64,000 nt of DNA, taken from the IMG/VR virus record IMGVR_UViG_3300032132_000750. One strand, given 5' to 3'. Positions 31,510 to 43,525 of the stretch are shown here, piece after piece (the first letter of the stretch is position 1; every line of letters starts with the position of its first letter). Both the position numbers and the translations under genes were made by a program. The notes under the pieces were generated by a model. It had not been told where the DNA came from. It made no database searches and saw nothing but the letters and a program-made list of their open reading frames with translations. The DNA comes from an uncultured virus (IMG/VR IMGVR_UViG_3300032132_000750) (lineage: Duplodnaviria > Heunggongvirae > Uroviricota > Caudoviricetes).

Positions 31510-32223
31510 ATGGATAATACGCTCAGAGAACTAGAACGCAGAGCCTTTGGTGGAGATGCTACGGCTGTTTCTCTCTATGCTGCCGCATTGCGAAGATCGC
31601 ATAGTGGATTAAGTCTCTCCGATCTCAAAGCTTTACAAGACGCTATTACAGGAGAATTAAAAACCCTGGAGTTTTCACTCCGCGTTCCTGGCCTGCCAGT
31701 AATAGCCTTGCCTATCACCCTTCACTGTGATGGCGCAAAAACCCTAAGAGAACATCTTATGGAGCTTTGCGCTAATTCCAGTTATTTTGGGGAAGAAGAT
31801 CCAATCCTCTTCTATAAAGCACTACCCTGCGAGTGTGATCTTTCTGCAGGAGAAGTGTGCAGAGAAAAACCTCAAGAGGTTGATGAACTAAGCTGCCCAG
31901 AACCCGGATCGAAATACATTGCTCAAAGAAATACTGATGCGAACGCTTTAGTAGCTAACGAAGCGATTCTACCGAGACCTACATTTATACTTCAATTTTC
32001 TACTGAGCAAGTATTGGTGCTTATCTCATTAGGATTAACCTTAAACCAAGCAATACAACGATTTGCTCCTTATCTTGGCTATGACGGGCACACACCGGTT
32101 ACTTGGTATAATCAGGCCAATCAAATTGATGGTGATACGATAGGCGAGACAGACGTTCGCTATACCGCAAGCATACCTCTCATTCACAATTCAGTATGTG
32201 CGAGTTGCTCACGCCCCGTTTGA
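31510..32223 (+). CDS. MDxxLRxLER-module protein
   Basis: MDNTLRELERRAFGGDATAVSLYAAALRRS. Confidence 0.75.
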   Translation: MDNTLRELERRAFGGDATAVSLYAAALRRSHSGLSLSDLKALQDAITGELKTLEFSLRVPGLPVIALPITLHCDGAKTLREHLMELCANSSYFGEEDPILFYKALPCECDLSAGEVCREKPQEVDELSCPEPGSKYIAQRNTDANALVANEAILPRPTFILQFSTEQVLVLISLGLTLNQAIQRFAPYLGYDGHTPVTWYNQANQIDGDTIGETDVRYTASIPLIHNSVCASCSRPV

Positions 32224-33492
32224 TTCAGAGTAAGAACCTATTTCCCGAAGGGCCTTTTCTCCAATAACGCCAAGCCCATACTTCACTGTTTCGATCACAC
32301 CTTAAAACGGCTTGTTTGTATTGGTTCTTATTCAAGTTGTTCATTAAAAACCATCCGACATCGGCTCCTGCCATATCCAAGGATATAGCAATAGTATCAA
32401 TTGCCATTCGAGGAAACCCCGCCAGAATGCGTCCGTTTTTGCCAATTCCAATAAGTTGCCCAATCATCATACCTCCAATTGAAGCGGTTCTATATTCTAG
32501 GCGCGGTGAGCCACCCAAACGTGACACCCATACCCAAATAACGAGCGAGAGGCCCAAACATGACGGACTTTCTCTACCTATATATGTCGAGAAGTCGGCC
32601 CTAGCGTTCCAAAAATCTCTAACTGCTGTCCCTACAGGGACTTGAGGTCCTTGTGGAAAATTTCCTAGATAGGATGAAAAACCTGACTCGTGATTTTGAG
32701 TTTGAACAACAACGAAGATTCACAGTTACCCTAGCTTGCGAAGATCCAATCCAGCTTCCTCACATTGTGGGGAGGAAACTTTCTCAAGACCCTAACGCCA
32801 TTTTCTATCGTTGCCTTGGATGTCCCGAGTGGCATATCCGAGAAAGCGCTTTGCCCGAGGGAGTTACGAAGAAGGGTTTTGTAGCTCTTATGAGAAAACT
32901 ACACCAGAGAAAATGAAAAACCAAAGAAAACGCCGTTGCTTTGGTTGAGATCTCTCACAAATAAGCTAGAGTATAGTTATGCCCATTCCCTATTTTACGA
33001 TTACCCAACTTCTTGAAAAACACCCCCTCGGAACTCCAGGGGGTGTTTTTAAATTTGTAAGGATTTGTGAAGAATACCGTTTCATAGAGATAACTATGTT
33101 GTGGACTCCAAAGCACTCTGAACTGGTGGCTGATGGAGAGCTTCCGCAAAGCGCGGGAATGATATCCATCTGGCCTGATTGTTGGGAAATGAAGGATACG
33201 TATTCCTCAACCCTCAAAATAGGTGCTACAGAAATAGATTACGAAATGATGACACAAAAACTTGGTCGTCAAGAAAAGACTCGTTGGTGAGAATCCCCTA
33301 TTACAAAATTACGTGCAAAGCCTGTGGTCGGCGTTGGTTATGCCAAATGCGTCGCCCAGATTGTGTTGTTTGTCATGCCCTAAGAGCTTCGAATATGGTA
33401 ACTGTTGGAACTTTGGCATTTGTAGTTATTAGGTCTAAAGGTAAGCTGCCTGGATCAATAGAGTTGGGCGTTAAAAAAATACCGTTAAATGT

Positions 33493-33780
33493 CTAAGCCA
33501 TTCCGCATTTTTTGAGTAATAGCTTATAGGCGAAGAAACCTAAAGGCAATCCTGCAATAGCACCTACAATAGAAGAAAACGCCGGTCTATTAATTTTTTC
33601 TCCGATCATTCCCCCAAGACTAGCACCAACTCCTGCGCCTATCATTGGAAGCAGGAATATTCCGCCTAACCCACCTACGGCACACATGGCGTCCAGTTTA
33701 GGTGTTGTGACTGTAGGAGCTACGGCGCTTTTCAGCATTTCTGTCGAAGCTCTGGTTTGTCCAAATCTATTTACTCGCAT
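33493..33780 (-). CDS. Small membrane protein (Gly-zipper-like)
   Basis: MRVNRFG N-terminus, Gly-rich hydrophobic helices; TATAAT 6 nt before ATG. Confidence 0.7.
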   Translation of the reverse strand: MRVNRFGQTRASTEMLKSAVAPTVTTPKLDAMCAVGGLGGIFLLPMIGAGVGASLGGMIGEKINRPAFSSIVGAIAGLPLGFFAYKLLLKKCGMA

Positions 33781-34135
33781 GAGTGCATTATAGCAACTTT
33801 AGCTGCAATCTTGATAAAGCTTTGTCTGATGTTAACCTATCAAAATGAAACTAGAAGATCGGGTTACAACCCTAGAAGCTGAAGTAAAACTTCTCAAAGA
33901 AATGTTCCTCGCGTCATTAGAAACAAAAGCAGGTCCACAGGGTCCTCCTGGTCCGATGGGTCCTGTATCAAATATGCAATGCGGCTGTCCGATGTGGACA
34001 GGTCCTCATGATAAAGGATTCGGATGTCTAGATTCTTGGGCTACTTGTGCCCCCAGTATTGATCATACCTCCATTCCATATTAAATTCACGAGGATACTT
34101 GCCTTGTTGCGAGTAGTCTGAGATACTGAAACGCT

Positions 34136-35029
34136 ATGGCGACCCTACTTGTTGATGGCTCTAATCTCTGGTGTCGTGCATATTGTACCCCCACCAGAAT
34201 GACACCTCCTGGTGGGGCGCTTTACATCGCAGCGATGATGCTTAATAAATTAGCAGAGCGCTTCGGGAAGGGCAATCTGATTATCTGCTGGGATGCAGGA
34301 AGCGGAGGGCGTAGAGCGTTGGACCCAGAATACAAGGCTCAACGTTACCCAGTAGTTGCGAACCTCGATGGAGAACAAACGTCTTTACCTGGTTCTGAGA
34401 ATCTTGGAATCATGGGAGCCTGGCACAACGTTAGGTTGATCAAAGCCTTAGTTAATGCTTTGGGCTTAATGTATTCTTTCACAGATGGATATGAAGCCGA
34501 CGATACAATTGGCTCTCTTGCCCAGACTCTTCAAGAAAAGCTATCAGGAAAGATTTACCTTCATAGCCATGATAAAGATTTCTACCAACTAGCCACTTCT
34601 AATATTGGAATCCTGCATCCGGAAAAGAAGATGCGAGGCAAGAAGTATCCAGAAAAGCTTGTACATAGGAATCAGGTTTTATTTGAATACGGAGTAGAAC
34701 CAAAGAAGCTGCCTTGGTTTAGGGCTTTTACGGGGGACGTTTCGGATAATATTCCTAAGATTCCTCTTCGAGTCACCAAGAAGTTTAAAACACAACTCAA
34801 AGGTTCCATTAAACAAGCTACATGTTTTGCAGAGGTCTTTGAGGGCGACTTTGATAAAAAGTATCGAGAAGCTATGGAAGAGTTTAAGCTTCGAGCCTTC
34901 TTGAATGAGCAACTTTTGACTATTAATCAAAGCTTAACGCCCTACGTTCAACGCCACAAAGTCAATAAGGACTTTTTGAATAAGCTTTGTAAGCAATTTG
35001 ATATAGACGAGTTTAAGTTTAAATTATGA
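34136..35029 (+). CDS. 5'-3' exonuclease / flap endonuclease (Pol I N-terminal, T5 D15-like)
   Basis: LLVDGSN, WDAG, YKAQR, GYEADD, SHDKDFYQL, GDVSDNIP. Confidence 0.93.
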   Translation: MATLLVDGSNLWCRAYCTPTRMTPPGGALYIAAMMLNKLAERFGKGNLIICWDAGSGGRRALDPEYKAQRYPVVANLDGEQTSLPGSENLGIMGAWHNVRLIKALVNALGLMYSFTDGYEADDTIGSLAQTLQEKLSGKIYLHSHDKDFYQLATSNIGILHPEKKMRGKKYPEKLVHRNQVLFEYGVEPKKLPWFRAFTGDVSDNIPKIPLRVTKKFKTQLKGSIKQATCFAEVFEGDFDKKYREAMEEFKLRAFLNEQLLTINQSLTPYVQRHKVNKDFLNKLCKQFDIDEFKFKL

Positions 35030-36453
35030 ATAAAGTTGTATGCTGGTTAGTTTGGAATATTGATCCCACCTCTCAACTTAATAGTAAATCAGATTCTCCC
35101 GAGGCACTGGAAGCGTTGGCTAAATACGGGCGTCCTGACAGGATCGTCCTAGATTATCCAGGTGAAGAAGAACTCGATGAGAAGGGTCAGCCCACTAGTG
35201 GATTCATTTTTACAGAGCATGTTGGGTACATACTAGATGTAGCGACTCTAGCTTTATTGGAAAAAGAAAATGAAACGTGCTAAAGTAGACGCTAAAAAAA
35301 TCCCTTGCCTGATGTGCGAGAAAGATATCGCTATCGATGATATGGGGGATACTGATACTACGCTGGCTGACATCGAAAAGTCTAACTTCGATAGGGGTGT
35401 AGAATGCCGAACGTATGGCAACTACGGTTCCCAGGTTTGGGATATGTCTGGAGCTATTTTCTTTGTTATCTGTGATGGATGTCTAGTCAAGCACAGCGCT
35501 AAGATGTTAGTCAAGAAAAGATGTCCTCAAACAGAGGAGGAGCAGGTTGCTGTTTTTCGTGGAGAGGGAAACCCTAAACCTAGATATGAGCCAGTTCGAA
35601 ATGCTCGTGACTATTATGATGAGTGGTTTAAATATATAGACGAATCATATGATGAGGGCGATAGCTATTACGACGATGTAAGCCCTTATTTTAAGAAGTA
35701 GAAAGGATTATGAAACAGATAAGTATTCAGATTCAAGACAAAGCTCTTGCTAAAGAATTCTGTAAAAACTACGTTTACATGAATGAAATTGTTTCAGATA
35801 GGCGGGAGCCTGAGATTTCTATTCCAGACTTAACTGGATGTCTTTCTCTACTCACAGAACCTTATGAAGATTATAAGCTAAAACTGGTCTGGAAAGAGCT
35901 TCAGCGATTACTCAAAGACGAAGGTTTATCGCAAGCTACAATCGTAGCGTCTCAAGGTAAGTATGGCTGGGATGATTATCATCTTATTCATCATTTTGAC
36001 GAAGAAGAGCCTCGGGATACTCTTTTTGAGCACGTAGAAAGAGAAGATTGGTAGTGGATATTTCAAAGGCAGAAACAGAAGTTTTGCTTGAAGCCCTAGA
36101 TCACGCCCTCGAAGGTCACTTTGACGTTGATGATGGAGAAGAAACATCGGATCTCGCATACGGGCTGGTCGAGCGTCTGCGCGAGCATAAGGACGCAGGG
36201 AGCCGCTCTGAGCGGCGCATAGAAGCCCGCTGGGAGCTTCGTAGCGGTTGCCCGAAGGCTGACAAGGCCGTATTATTCAGCGCCGCTGAGAGCCCCCGAG
36301 ACGCCGTAATGGAATATCTTAATGTCTCCAACATGCATATTAATGCACTCGGAGAGATGAAAGAAGAACTCATAGACGGAGAAACTTTCTATCATTTTCC
36401 AATTAACTGTGGGTGGCATATCTTAGTCAAAGCAATTTGATAAAATAACATCT

Positions 36454-37302
36454 ATGGATAGAAATCTTCGACACTGGGAACGTCGTTACCTGGAAGACCC
36501 GAGTGATACTGGTGCTGCTGCTATGTATGGCAAAGCCCTGCAACGTGGGACAAACAGCCTAGAGGGCTGCGAACAGCTTGTATATTGGTTAGACGATACT
36601 CTAAGAATAATGGGATTTGAACCGTCTGAGTTTGGGTTTTTTAACGAAGAGCATCCCGAAACAATAGATTACTCATCATTGAGCTTGAACCCAGAAACAT
36701 CACCGCTCACTCTTACGGGAGCCCCTCCTTATGACCAGCCTTTTGGTCCTTGTAATCGAGTAAGGCTTATTTTTGAACCTCAGTATAATGAATTTGAGTT
36801 CTACTGCATCTCACCTAAAATAGATTCCAATACTCCTTTTGAGGAATACTATGATGAGTTTCGTTCTCATGTAAAACTTGTGACTCGCTTTACGGATGAA
36901 GATATTTATAATTTGGCAAAAGATCGATATTCCAACGATTTAAAACCCACCTATATGTTTGCCCATCTATTTGGGTACGATACAGAACTGCCGGAAGCAG
37001 AACATCATCCTAGCGGGGGAGTTCAGCCTCCTTCAAACTGGAGATACGGCTCAGAAAACGCAGCAAGAAATCAACATCCAGACGCTGGTGGCAACCTAAT
37101 ACCTATTGATCCCATGCTCTCTATTAGCTACACCTACACCACGTATAATGGTGCGGTTCGCGATTTTGTTCGAAGGATTATTACCTATACAGACTTCATC
37201 CTCGAATACTTAGATTCTGGTGTTCAACACTCTAATATGAGACCCTGGGTTGAAGCTTTTGTTAACCATGATGGTCCTGAACCCGGCATCCCCACACACT
37301 AA
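36454..37302 (+). CDS. MDxxLRxLER-module protein
   Basis: MDRNLRHWERRYLEDPSDTGAAAMYGKALQRG; TAAAAT 7 nt before ATG. Confidence 0.75.
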   Translation: MDRNLRHWERRYLEDPSDTGAAAMYGKALQRGTNSLEGCEQLVYWLDDTLRIMGFEPSEFGFFNEEHPETIDYSSLSLNPETSPLTLTGAPPYDQPFGPCNRVRLIFEPQYNEFEFYCISPKIDSNTPFEEYYDEFRSHVKLVTRFTDEDIYNLAKDRYSNDLKPTYMFAHLFGYDTELPEAEHHPSGGVQPPSNWRYGSENAARNQHPDAGGNLIPIDPMLSISYTYTTYNGAVRDFVRRIITYTDFILEYLDSGVQHSNMRPWVEAFVNHDGPEPGIPTH

Positions 37303-37526
37303 TCATGCAAACATCTTGTAGCATTTGCGGCCAGGATTACATCATCTCTGAAAGGAAAATGTTAGCTCTGCTTCGTGCCAGAGTCAGCCCTATCTGCAGT
37401 GATGATTGTAGAGAATCTCACTATAGCCATCTTTGTCACTGCTATCACTGTAAAAACTATAGATGCGGCTCTGAGAGGTTTACTGTTGAGAGTTGACATC
37501 GGCCCTAGATCCTGATAAAACGTGGC

Positions 37527-37838
37527 ATGAGTCAAGTCTCCGCTCGCAGTAAAACTACTGAATGCCCTCGTTGTAAGACTATCTGTACCCGACTTAGTCA
37601 AATGATGCAAGGATACAAAGTATCCTATCGATATCGATGCGATACCTGCGGTTTAGCGTTCAGGAAACGATATCAAGGCTACCATCACGACACTAGGGTA
37701 GAATTAATTATTAAGGCCCAGTGTCCACGCTGTAATTCAACGCATTACACTGAGATTATCGGACCTATTGACGATATCTTTATTCCCTGCCACACTTGCT
37801 GGTGTGTTCTTGGGTGTATTGCTTTTTTAAACGAGTAA
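37527..37838 (+). CDS. Multi-CxxC protein, IPCxxCW family
   Basis: CPRC..CDTC..CPRC..H..IPCHTCW; TTGACA-17-TAAAAC promoter upstream. Confidence 0.7.
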   Translation: MSQVSARSKTTECPRCKTICTRLSQMMQGYKVSYRYRCDTCGLAFRKRYQGYHHDTRVELIIKAQCPRCNSTHYTEIIGPIDDIFIPCHTCWCVLGCIAFLNE

Positions 37839-38351
37839 ACGAGGAACGGCATGGCATATCGAAGCATCACAGTAGACGGCCAAAACTACAAATGGCTTGT
37901 TGGTCGTAAGAACATCGAAATACGTTCTGAACCTGATAAAAACAAAAAGGTTTGGAAGCGGGTTCTTGAGCGTCCCGCGCCACAAAAACGGTGGGGTCTG
38001 ATTACTCCTAATATGGAGACAGCAGGGCTCAACATTGCTATGTTTGATAAAGAGCTTAGTTGTGAGATGGCTCTTGAGGAAGCCAAGAAAACGTCTCCTT
38101 GCAAAGATCAAGTAGAGATGGTTACTCTTCCTGCTAAAAAGGTATCTATTACTCCTGTTTGGATTAAGAACGCCATTCGAACAGAATTACGTAAGTAATG
38201 AGTAGTCCAGAAGCCAGAGGCGGCTGGGAATTAATCAAGCTATGGTCTTTGTTCTTTTTCTACCGCATAGGTTGTGGATGCGGATGGCCTTTAGCTTTGG
38301 TAGTTGTTCTGGTGATTGTGGCCCTTTTAATGGGTAAAAACCCTGCCTAGA

Positions 38352-38930
38352 ATGATTCTGTATAAACCACAACCTTACGGGGGTAGAGAAGTTCCCGAGG
38401 CTTTTGGTGGTCTCTATGAAAAGGTTCTCTCTCCTGCTCTTGATGACTTGCTCGATAGCTTAGATCTTGAGTTGGTGGTGATGGCAAAAGGTAGTAAGAG
38501 TAAAACATACTATCAACCCGGTTGTGGCTATAGAATAGATTCCATTCACGTAAACACTAACAGGTGGCCTCTGGCTGTCTTGCATGAAATTGGTCATTAC
38601 ATAGTTGCCAGCAAAGAAGCTAGAAATGATCGATACTTTGATATTGAACTACCTGTTGTAGAGAATGAGTTCTATGTTTCCGAGGGAAGTTTTTTAGAAG
38701 AAACTAAAGCACGATACGTTGATTTATGTTTGATGGCCTTTCTTGGCATAAAAAAACGTTGGAGAAAACATCATCTCAACGACATCAAGTGGTCTCTAGC
38801 CCCTTGCTGGGATTTATTCCAAACTCAAATACTAGAATTAACGAAGAGCGGGATAAGCTCCTTACCCGAGCTTATCGGTCAAGATCATATACGACAAACT
38901 AACCACCTCATTTTACATGAACTCGGTTAA
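38352..38930 (+). CDS. HExxH metalloprotein (ImmA/IrrE- or EpmC-like)
   Basis: AVLHEIGHYIVA with downstream EE. Confidence 0.5.
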   Translation: MILYKPQPYGGREVPEAFGGLYEKVLSPALDDLLDSLDLELVVMAKGSKSKTYYQPGCGYRIDSIHVNTNRWPLAVLHEIGHYIVASKEARNDRYFDIELPVVENEFYVSEGSFLEETKARYVDLCLMAFLGIKKRWRKHHLNDIKWSLAPCWDLFQTQILELTKSGISSLPELIGQDHIRQTNHLILHELG

Positions 38931-39379
38931 GAGATTAAAATGGAAAATCCAGCAACCTGGAACGATACACAAAAAGCTATTGCGGCAATTCTTTACGAAG
39001 ATGCTACGCTTAAATCCGACGCTGAGCGAGCCCAACAAATTGTGGTCTTACTCGGAGAGACTTCTCTTACAACGGAAAATATTTCAGAGCTTATGATTGA
39101 GCACGGAAAATCTCTCAGAGATCGTCGTTGCGGTTTGAGTTTAGTTGCCAAGATTTGGGGTGCTCATAGTGGATGAGATGTTTTGTACTCATCGATATAA
39201 GCCAATGATGGTAAGTAAGTATCGCCCAATTACAGGTGATGAACTCTTCGGGGCAGTAATGCTGATTACTCTCACAGTGGGTTTTGCTCTGTTTGTATTA
39301 CCTTTTATATGGCTTATTGGTCATCGGCAAACGACCTATTTAGGTCATTTCTGTAAGACGTGTGGAATTAAGCAGTAAA

Positions 39380-39640
39380 ATGATTAAGAGGGTTGTTCTT
39401 CTCATATTCCTAGCTTGCATTCTACCTGCCTGCGGAACTTATTTCATGCATGTAGAAGGAGATTCTCTTCCTTATGGAGGAACTTTAGTCGATTCCTTAG
39501 TTATTTGGGGAGTTGCAACTAGCACGGAGGGATGGGACGCTCTGGGGCTGGCTTGTTTGGCTCTGGTAGACTTGCCTTTTTCGATCCTTGCTGATACACT
39601 GCTGCTTCCATATTCAATACTAAGGTTGTTTTGGCCATGA
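39380..39640 (+). CDS. YceK/YidQ-like lipoprotein
   Basis: Lipobox LPAC, YGGT..D, DLPFSILADTLLLPY. Confidence 0.8.
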   Translation: MIKRVVLLIFLACILPACGTYFMHVEGDSLPYGGTLVDSLVIWGVATSTEGWDALGLACLALVDLPFSILADTLLLPYSILRLFWP

Positions 39641-40455
39641 ACGAAAAATTACTTACGTGGATCAAACGAGAACGTGCTCTTCTGCGATGTAATGTTGATT
39701 GGCCAGATGTGCCGTCGAAACTCTATAATCGAAAGTCGCATCTATTGCGCGAACGAGATGATTGCCTCGCTGATATATTGGATGTGATGGATGTGCCGAA
39801 GGACGAATCCGAAACATCATGAGCGAAAGATTAACAGAAGACGAAGTAAAGCTGTGGCTTAAAAAAGCCCGAGCCTCTAAAAAAAGAGGCAGTGAGAAGA
39901 TGCAAGTTCCTCCGAGCATTGCAATCAGAGTTTTTGAAGAGCTTAATGCTTATCATGAACGTTTTCCCGATATAGTGAGAGAAAATTATCACATAGAAAG
40001 TGGGCTGTGAACTGCCCTACTTGTGCTGACTCCGTGCTCAAAGGGGAATATAGATCCTACTGGGCCGCCGTAGGTACATTAGCGATGAGATGCAACAAAT
40101 GTAGAAAACTCTTTTATGATTGTTTTATTTGCGATAAGCTAGGAAACGAAGAAGAGTGCTGTACAGGTGACGAAGAAGATTAACATTTAGAGAGTGGTTT
40201 ATGAATTTTGGAATAATAAAAAAAGATGGGCAAGTCAGTCTTCGACCCGCAGTAAGTAGTTCCTTATTTTACGAAGATAGCGATGGGGAGTCGGTCTATC
40301 TTCCCAGTATTTTGTCCCTAAAACACATGGGAGAGAATAAAGTTCAGCTTCGTTTTCCTGATGGGACAACTACATTATGTAGAAGGCTATCACCTGAAAA
40401 GTATCAAGAACTCAAAGCTAGGTGGCAAGCTGCTATCATAAATAAAAACTGAGCT

Positions 40456-40609
40456 TAGAACGTAGAACGTAGAGCACTGGACCGGGTCCGGGATATTATT
40501 CACGACTGCACTCTCTAATCAAGGGAGCATCGCGCACTATACTATTGCAAACACGATGGAGTAAGTCGCCCCGTGAGCAAAAGTTCAGTGCTCTGCGTTC
40601 TACGTTCTA
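40456..40609 (+). repeat. Heptad inverted-repeat element 3 (27-bp arms)
   Basis: TAGAACGTAGAACGTAGAGCACTGGAC / GTTCAGTGCTCTGCGTTCTACGTTCTA; both mismatches G:U. Confidence 0.85.
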
Positions 40610-40998
40610 CAAGGAACACATGACAGAAAAAAAGAAAAGCGGCCTAGATACCGTAATTCAGCTTGGGATGCACCTAGGTATTGTTATAGTAGCAGCCTAC
40701 AATGTAGGTCCTACTGCCGGGTTAGTTGCTGTTATATGCTGTGTCCTATTTGTTTTAACGTTTCTTGCTTTCATAGCTAAACATAGGTACGAAGATTACT
40801 GCCGAGCTAAAAACTTAGAAGCGTGGCTTAAAGAAGAAAAAAGAAAACATCCGGAATTTTACGGAGAAGTGAAGAAAAAGAGCGAGAAAGAGAAAAAGGA
40901 GGAAAAAGAGAAGGCCGAAAGACTAGAGGTCTGGCTTAAGGGAAGAAGGATAAAATATCCTCAATTGTATAAGAAGCTGGAGGAGAAAGAATATCCTC

Positions 40999-41406
40999 CT
41001 AACTGGTTAAGGCCGTAATTCCAGCAATCCCTGCCAAACCCCCAGCCACCATAATAATAGTGCTTGGTTGCATCATTAATTTCATTATACCGGGAAATCC
41101 GACATACTCTTTTTCTATTTTTCGTAAAACACGTTCGTCTTCTAAGAATTTAACTAATTGCGCGGCTGCAATAGTTCCTGTACCAGCGCCAACCACAAGT
41201 TTTACCGTATTTACCAGATCCTTGCTTAAATTAGACTTATCCCAACCGAATAATGCAGCACTTGCTGTGTGATATTGACCGGGATTAATAACACTTCTAT
41301 CCATTTTTTGGCATTCGCCCCAGAGAGCGTTAAAAACTTGTCCTGGGGGGCATTTACTACAATACTCTCGATCTGGAATCCAGTGTAATCCTTCTGGGCA
41401 TTTCAT
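40999..41406 (-). CDS. Cys-rich N-terminal, C-terminally membrane-anchored protein
   Basis: CPEG..C..CPPG..C, internal ALFG, C-terminal hydrophobic helix; TATACT 6 nt before ATG. Confidence 0.7.
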   Translation of the reverse strand: MKCPEGLHWIPDREYCSKCPPGQVFNALWGECQKMDRSVINPGQYHTASAALFGWDKSNLSKDLVNTVKLVVGAGTGTIAAAQLVKFLEDERVLRKIEKEYVGFPGIMKLMMQPSTIIMVAGGLAGIAGITALTS

Positions 41407-41564
41407 GTTTAAAGTATATCAAAACTCCTAGGAAAACTCACAAGTTGGCCCTTGCTTCTAGCCCTCCGTAGGGCATGATAGGCAGAGCGCTGCCGCCTTC
41501 GGGTTGATGGTGCCTATCTTAGCACCCGTATAAAAGCCGATGTAACCATTAGACAAAGGCACTT

Positions 41565-42842
41565 ATGACTCGTCCCAAAGCACATCTCACTGTTACTCAG
41601 GGAGATGAAGTTGGAAGAAGTTATGTAATTAGAGCGGGCCAGAAATTCCTTATTGGTCGCTCTAAAGACTGTAGCATCTCGTTAAATGATCAATCTGTAT
41701 CGAGACATCATGCTGCGGTAGAACTTACAAATAAAGGTCTCTCCGTCATAGACTTTGCTTCCCGCAATGGGACTAAGCTAGACGAAAAACCTCTTGAACC
41801 CAATGCTCAAGAAGAGGCGTGCTACGGAGATATTCTTGAGATCGGTAAAACCTCTTTCAAGATTGAAATCTTTGGTATCAGCGAACTTTCACAATCACAA
41901 ATTCAGCGGACTCGTAAGATTCCTCGGAACTTTCTTCCCACTAACGAGTTTGAAATTTTAGGTGAGCTTGGTCGCGGAGCTACTGGACTGGTGTATGCTG
42001 CCAAACAACGAGCACTAGACCGTAATGTAGCTATCAAGGTTCCTCGACTAGATATTGATGATTACGAAGATTGTCGTCAACGCTTTATTCGAGAAGGAAG
42101 ACTTTGTTCTAAACTCGATAGTCCCTACGTAGTAAGAATCTACGACTTGAGGATGCAGAGTAATAGAATCTTCATTGTGATGGAACTTATCAACGGCTAT
42201 TCTGCTCTAGATAGGATGGGATCTAAACACCTGATCCCTATCCATGAAGTGGCTAAAATCGGATCGCACGTCGCACAAGCGCTTCACGCAATGCACCGAA
42301 TGGAAATCATTCATCGCGATATAAAACCATCTAATATTCTCATCGGTCCCAAGAAGATAGCAAAGCTAGCTGATTTTGGTATTGCTAAGCAGTTGGGGGA
42401 AGCAGGTGATAAGCTTGATAGGCTTACTGGCTCTGATGAGGGTATGGGAACTTTAGGCTATGTCCCCCCAGAGGTAGCGGACTTTGCGGAACTTGGCACC
42501 TACTCAGACGTTTACAGTCTCGGGGCCACCCTATACCACTTAGTCACAGGAACTATGCCCTTCGTCACCCAGGGTGCAAGCATAGCTGAGGTTCTGGGTA
42601 GAATCACCTATGACAAACCTACTCCGGTTAGGGCTTTGCGGCCCAACTGCCCACCAGATTTTGCTCGCTTGATTGAATCCATGATGAAAAAGAAACCGAA
42701 CCTCCGACCAGACTCAATAACTGCATCAGTTGTTCTGGATAGGGTGATCAAGAAAACGTCATCTGAGCCTAAGCATTTGGAGCAGACAGATTCCCTTGTT
42801 CCCAGCTTTATTTCTGCGATGGATGATCTGACAGACTTTTAA
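41565..42842 (+). CDS. FHA domain + Hanks-type Ser/Thr protein kinase
   Basis: FHA: IGR, SVSRHH, SRNGT; kinase: LGRGATG, VAIK, HRDIKPSN, DFG, PPE, DVYSLG. Confidence 0.96.
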   Translation: MTRPKAHLTVTQGDEVGRSYVIRAGQKFLIGRSKDCSISLNDQSVSRHHAAVELTNKGLSVIDFASRNGTKLDEKPLEPNAQEEACYGDILEIGKTSFKIEIFGISELSQSQIQRTRKIPRNFLPTNEFEILGELGRGATGLVYAAKQRALDRNVAIKVPRLDIDDYEDCRQRFIREGRLCSKLDSPYVVRIYDLRMQSNRIFIVMELINGYSALDRMGSKHLIPIHEVAKIGSHVAQALHAMHRMEIIHRDIKPSNILIGPKKIAKLADFGIAKQLGEAGDKLDRLTGSDEGMGTLGYVPPEVADFAELGTYSDVYSLGATLYHLVTGTMPFVTQGASIAEVLGRITYDKPTPVRALRPNCPPDFARLIESMMKKKPNLRPDSITASVVLDRVIKKTSSEPKHLEQTDSLVPSFISAMDDLTDF

Positions 42843-43525
42843 TAGCTATGATTGAATCAGACCCCATACATGATCTCATTGTTCCAGAAGAATGTGTAGT
42901 TGAACCAGTTGACGTTCGATGGCACGTAAACGGGCCGGAGCATAGCATGGTTCGATTGGATAAACTGCGGCAAGACCCTCTCTTTGAAACCTTCTTTCAG
43001 AAGGTAAATTATCAATGTTCCATAGATGGCTCTCGAAGAGCTATATGTCGTATGGCAGATGGAGAGCTTCTTTCTTTATCCGCCCCTAGAGATGGACTAG
43101 ACCAAAGATGGTCTTTGGTTCAGCCCTTGTTGGATCGTCTTAATGGGAAGCTACTACATTTTATTTAAACAATGCTAAATGAACTTCAATACACGTTGCT
43201 AGCGCAGACTATGTGGTGGCAAAAAATACGTAATCTCATCATATCGAAGCGGGTGGTCCCCGCCGATCAGAGGAGATTACATGAGTACAAAAGGCAGAAT
43301 CTGGGCAGCCACGACACAAAAAGTAAAGAGTCGTTGGACTGATCCGGATGTAGATCCTTGCGGCAAGCGTAAAAAAGGCTGTCCTAGGCAGGGCGGTTAT
43401 GGTATTTGCAGTGTTGATGATCGTCGTGGTCACTATATTCGTCGCTGTAAAGAACGAGATATTGCTCAAAAAATGATAATTGGTGACCTAGATTTTGACG
43501 CCTTGTGGCCGTTGGAGTAGACGCA

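Noticed and set aside
33845..34084. Collagen-like protein
   Set aside because: Only about four G-X-Y triplets, too short to call a collagen fibre
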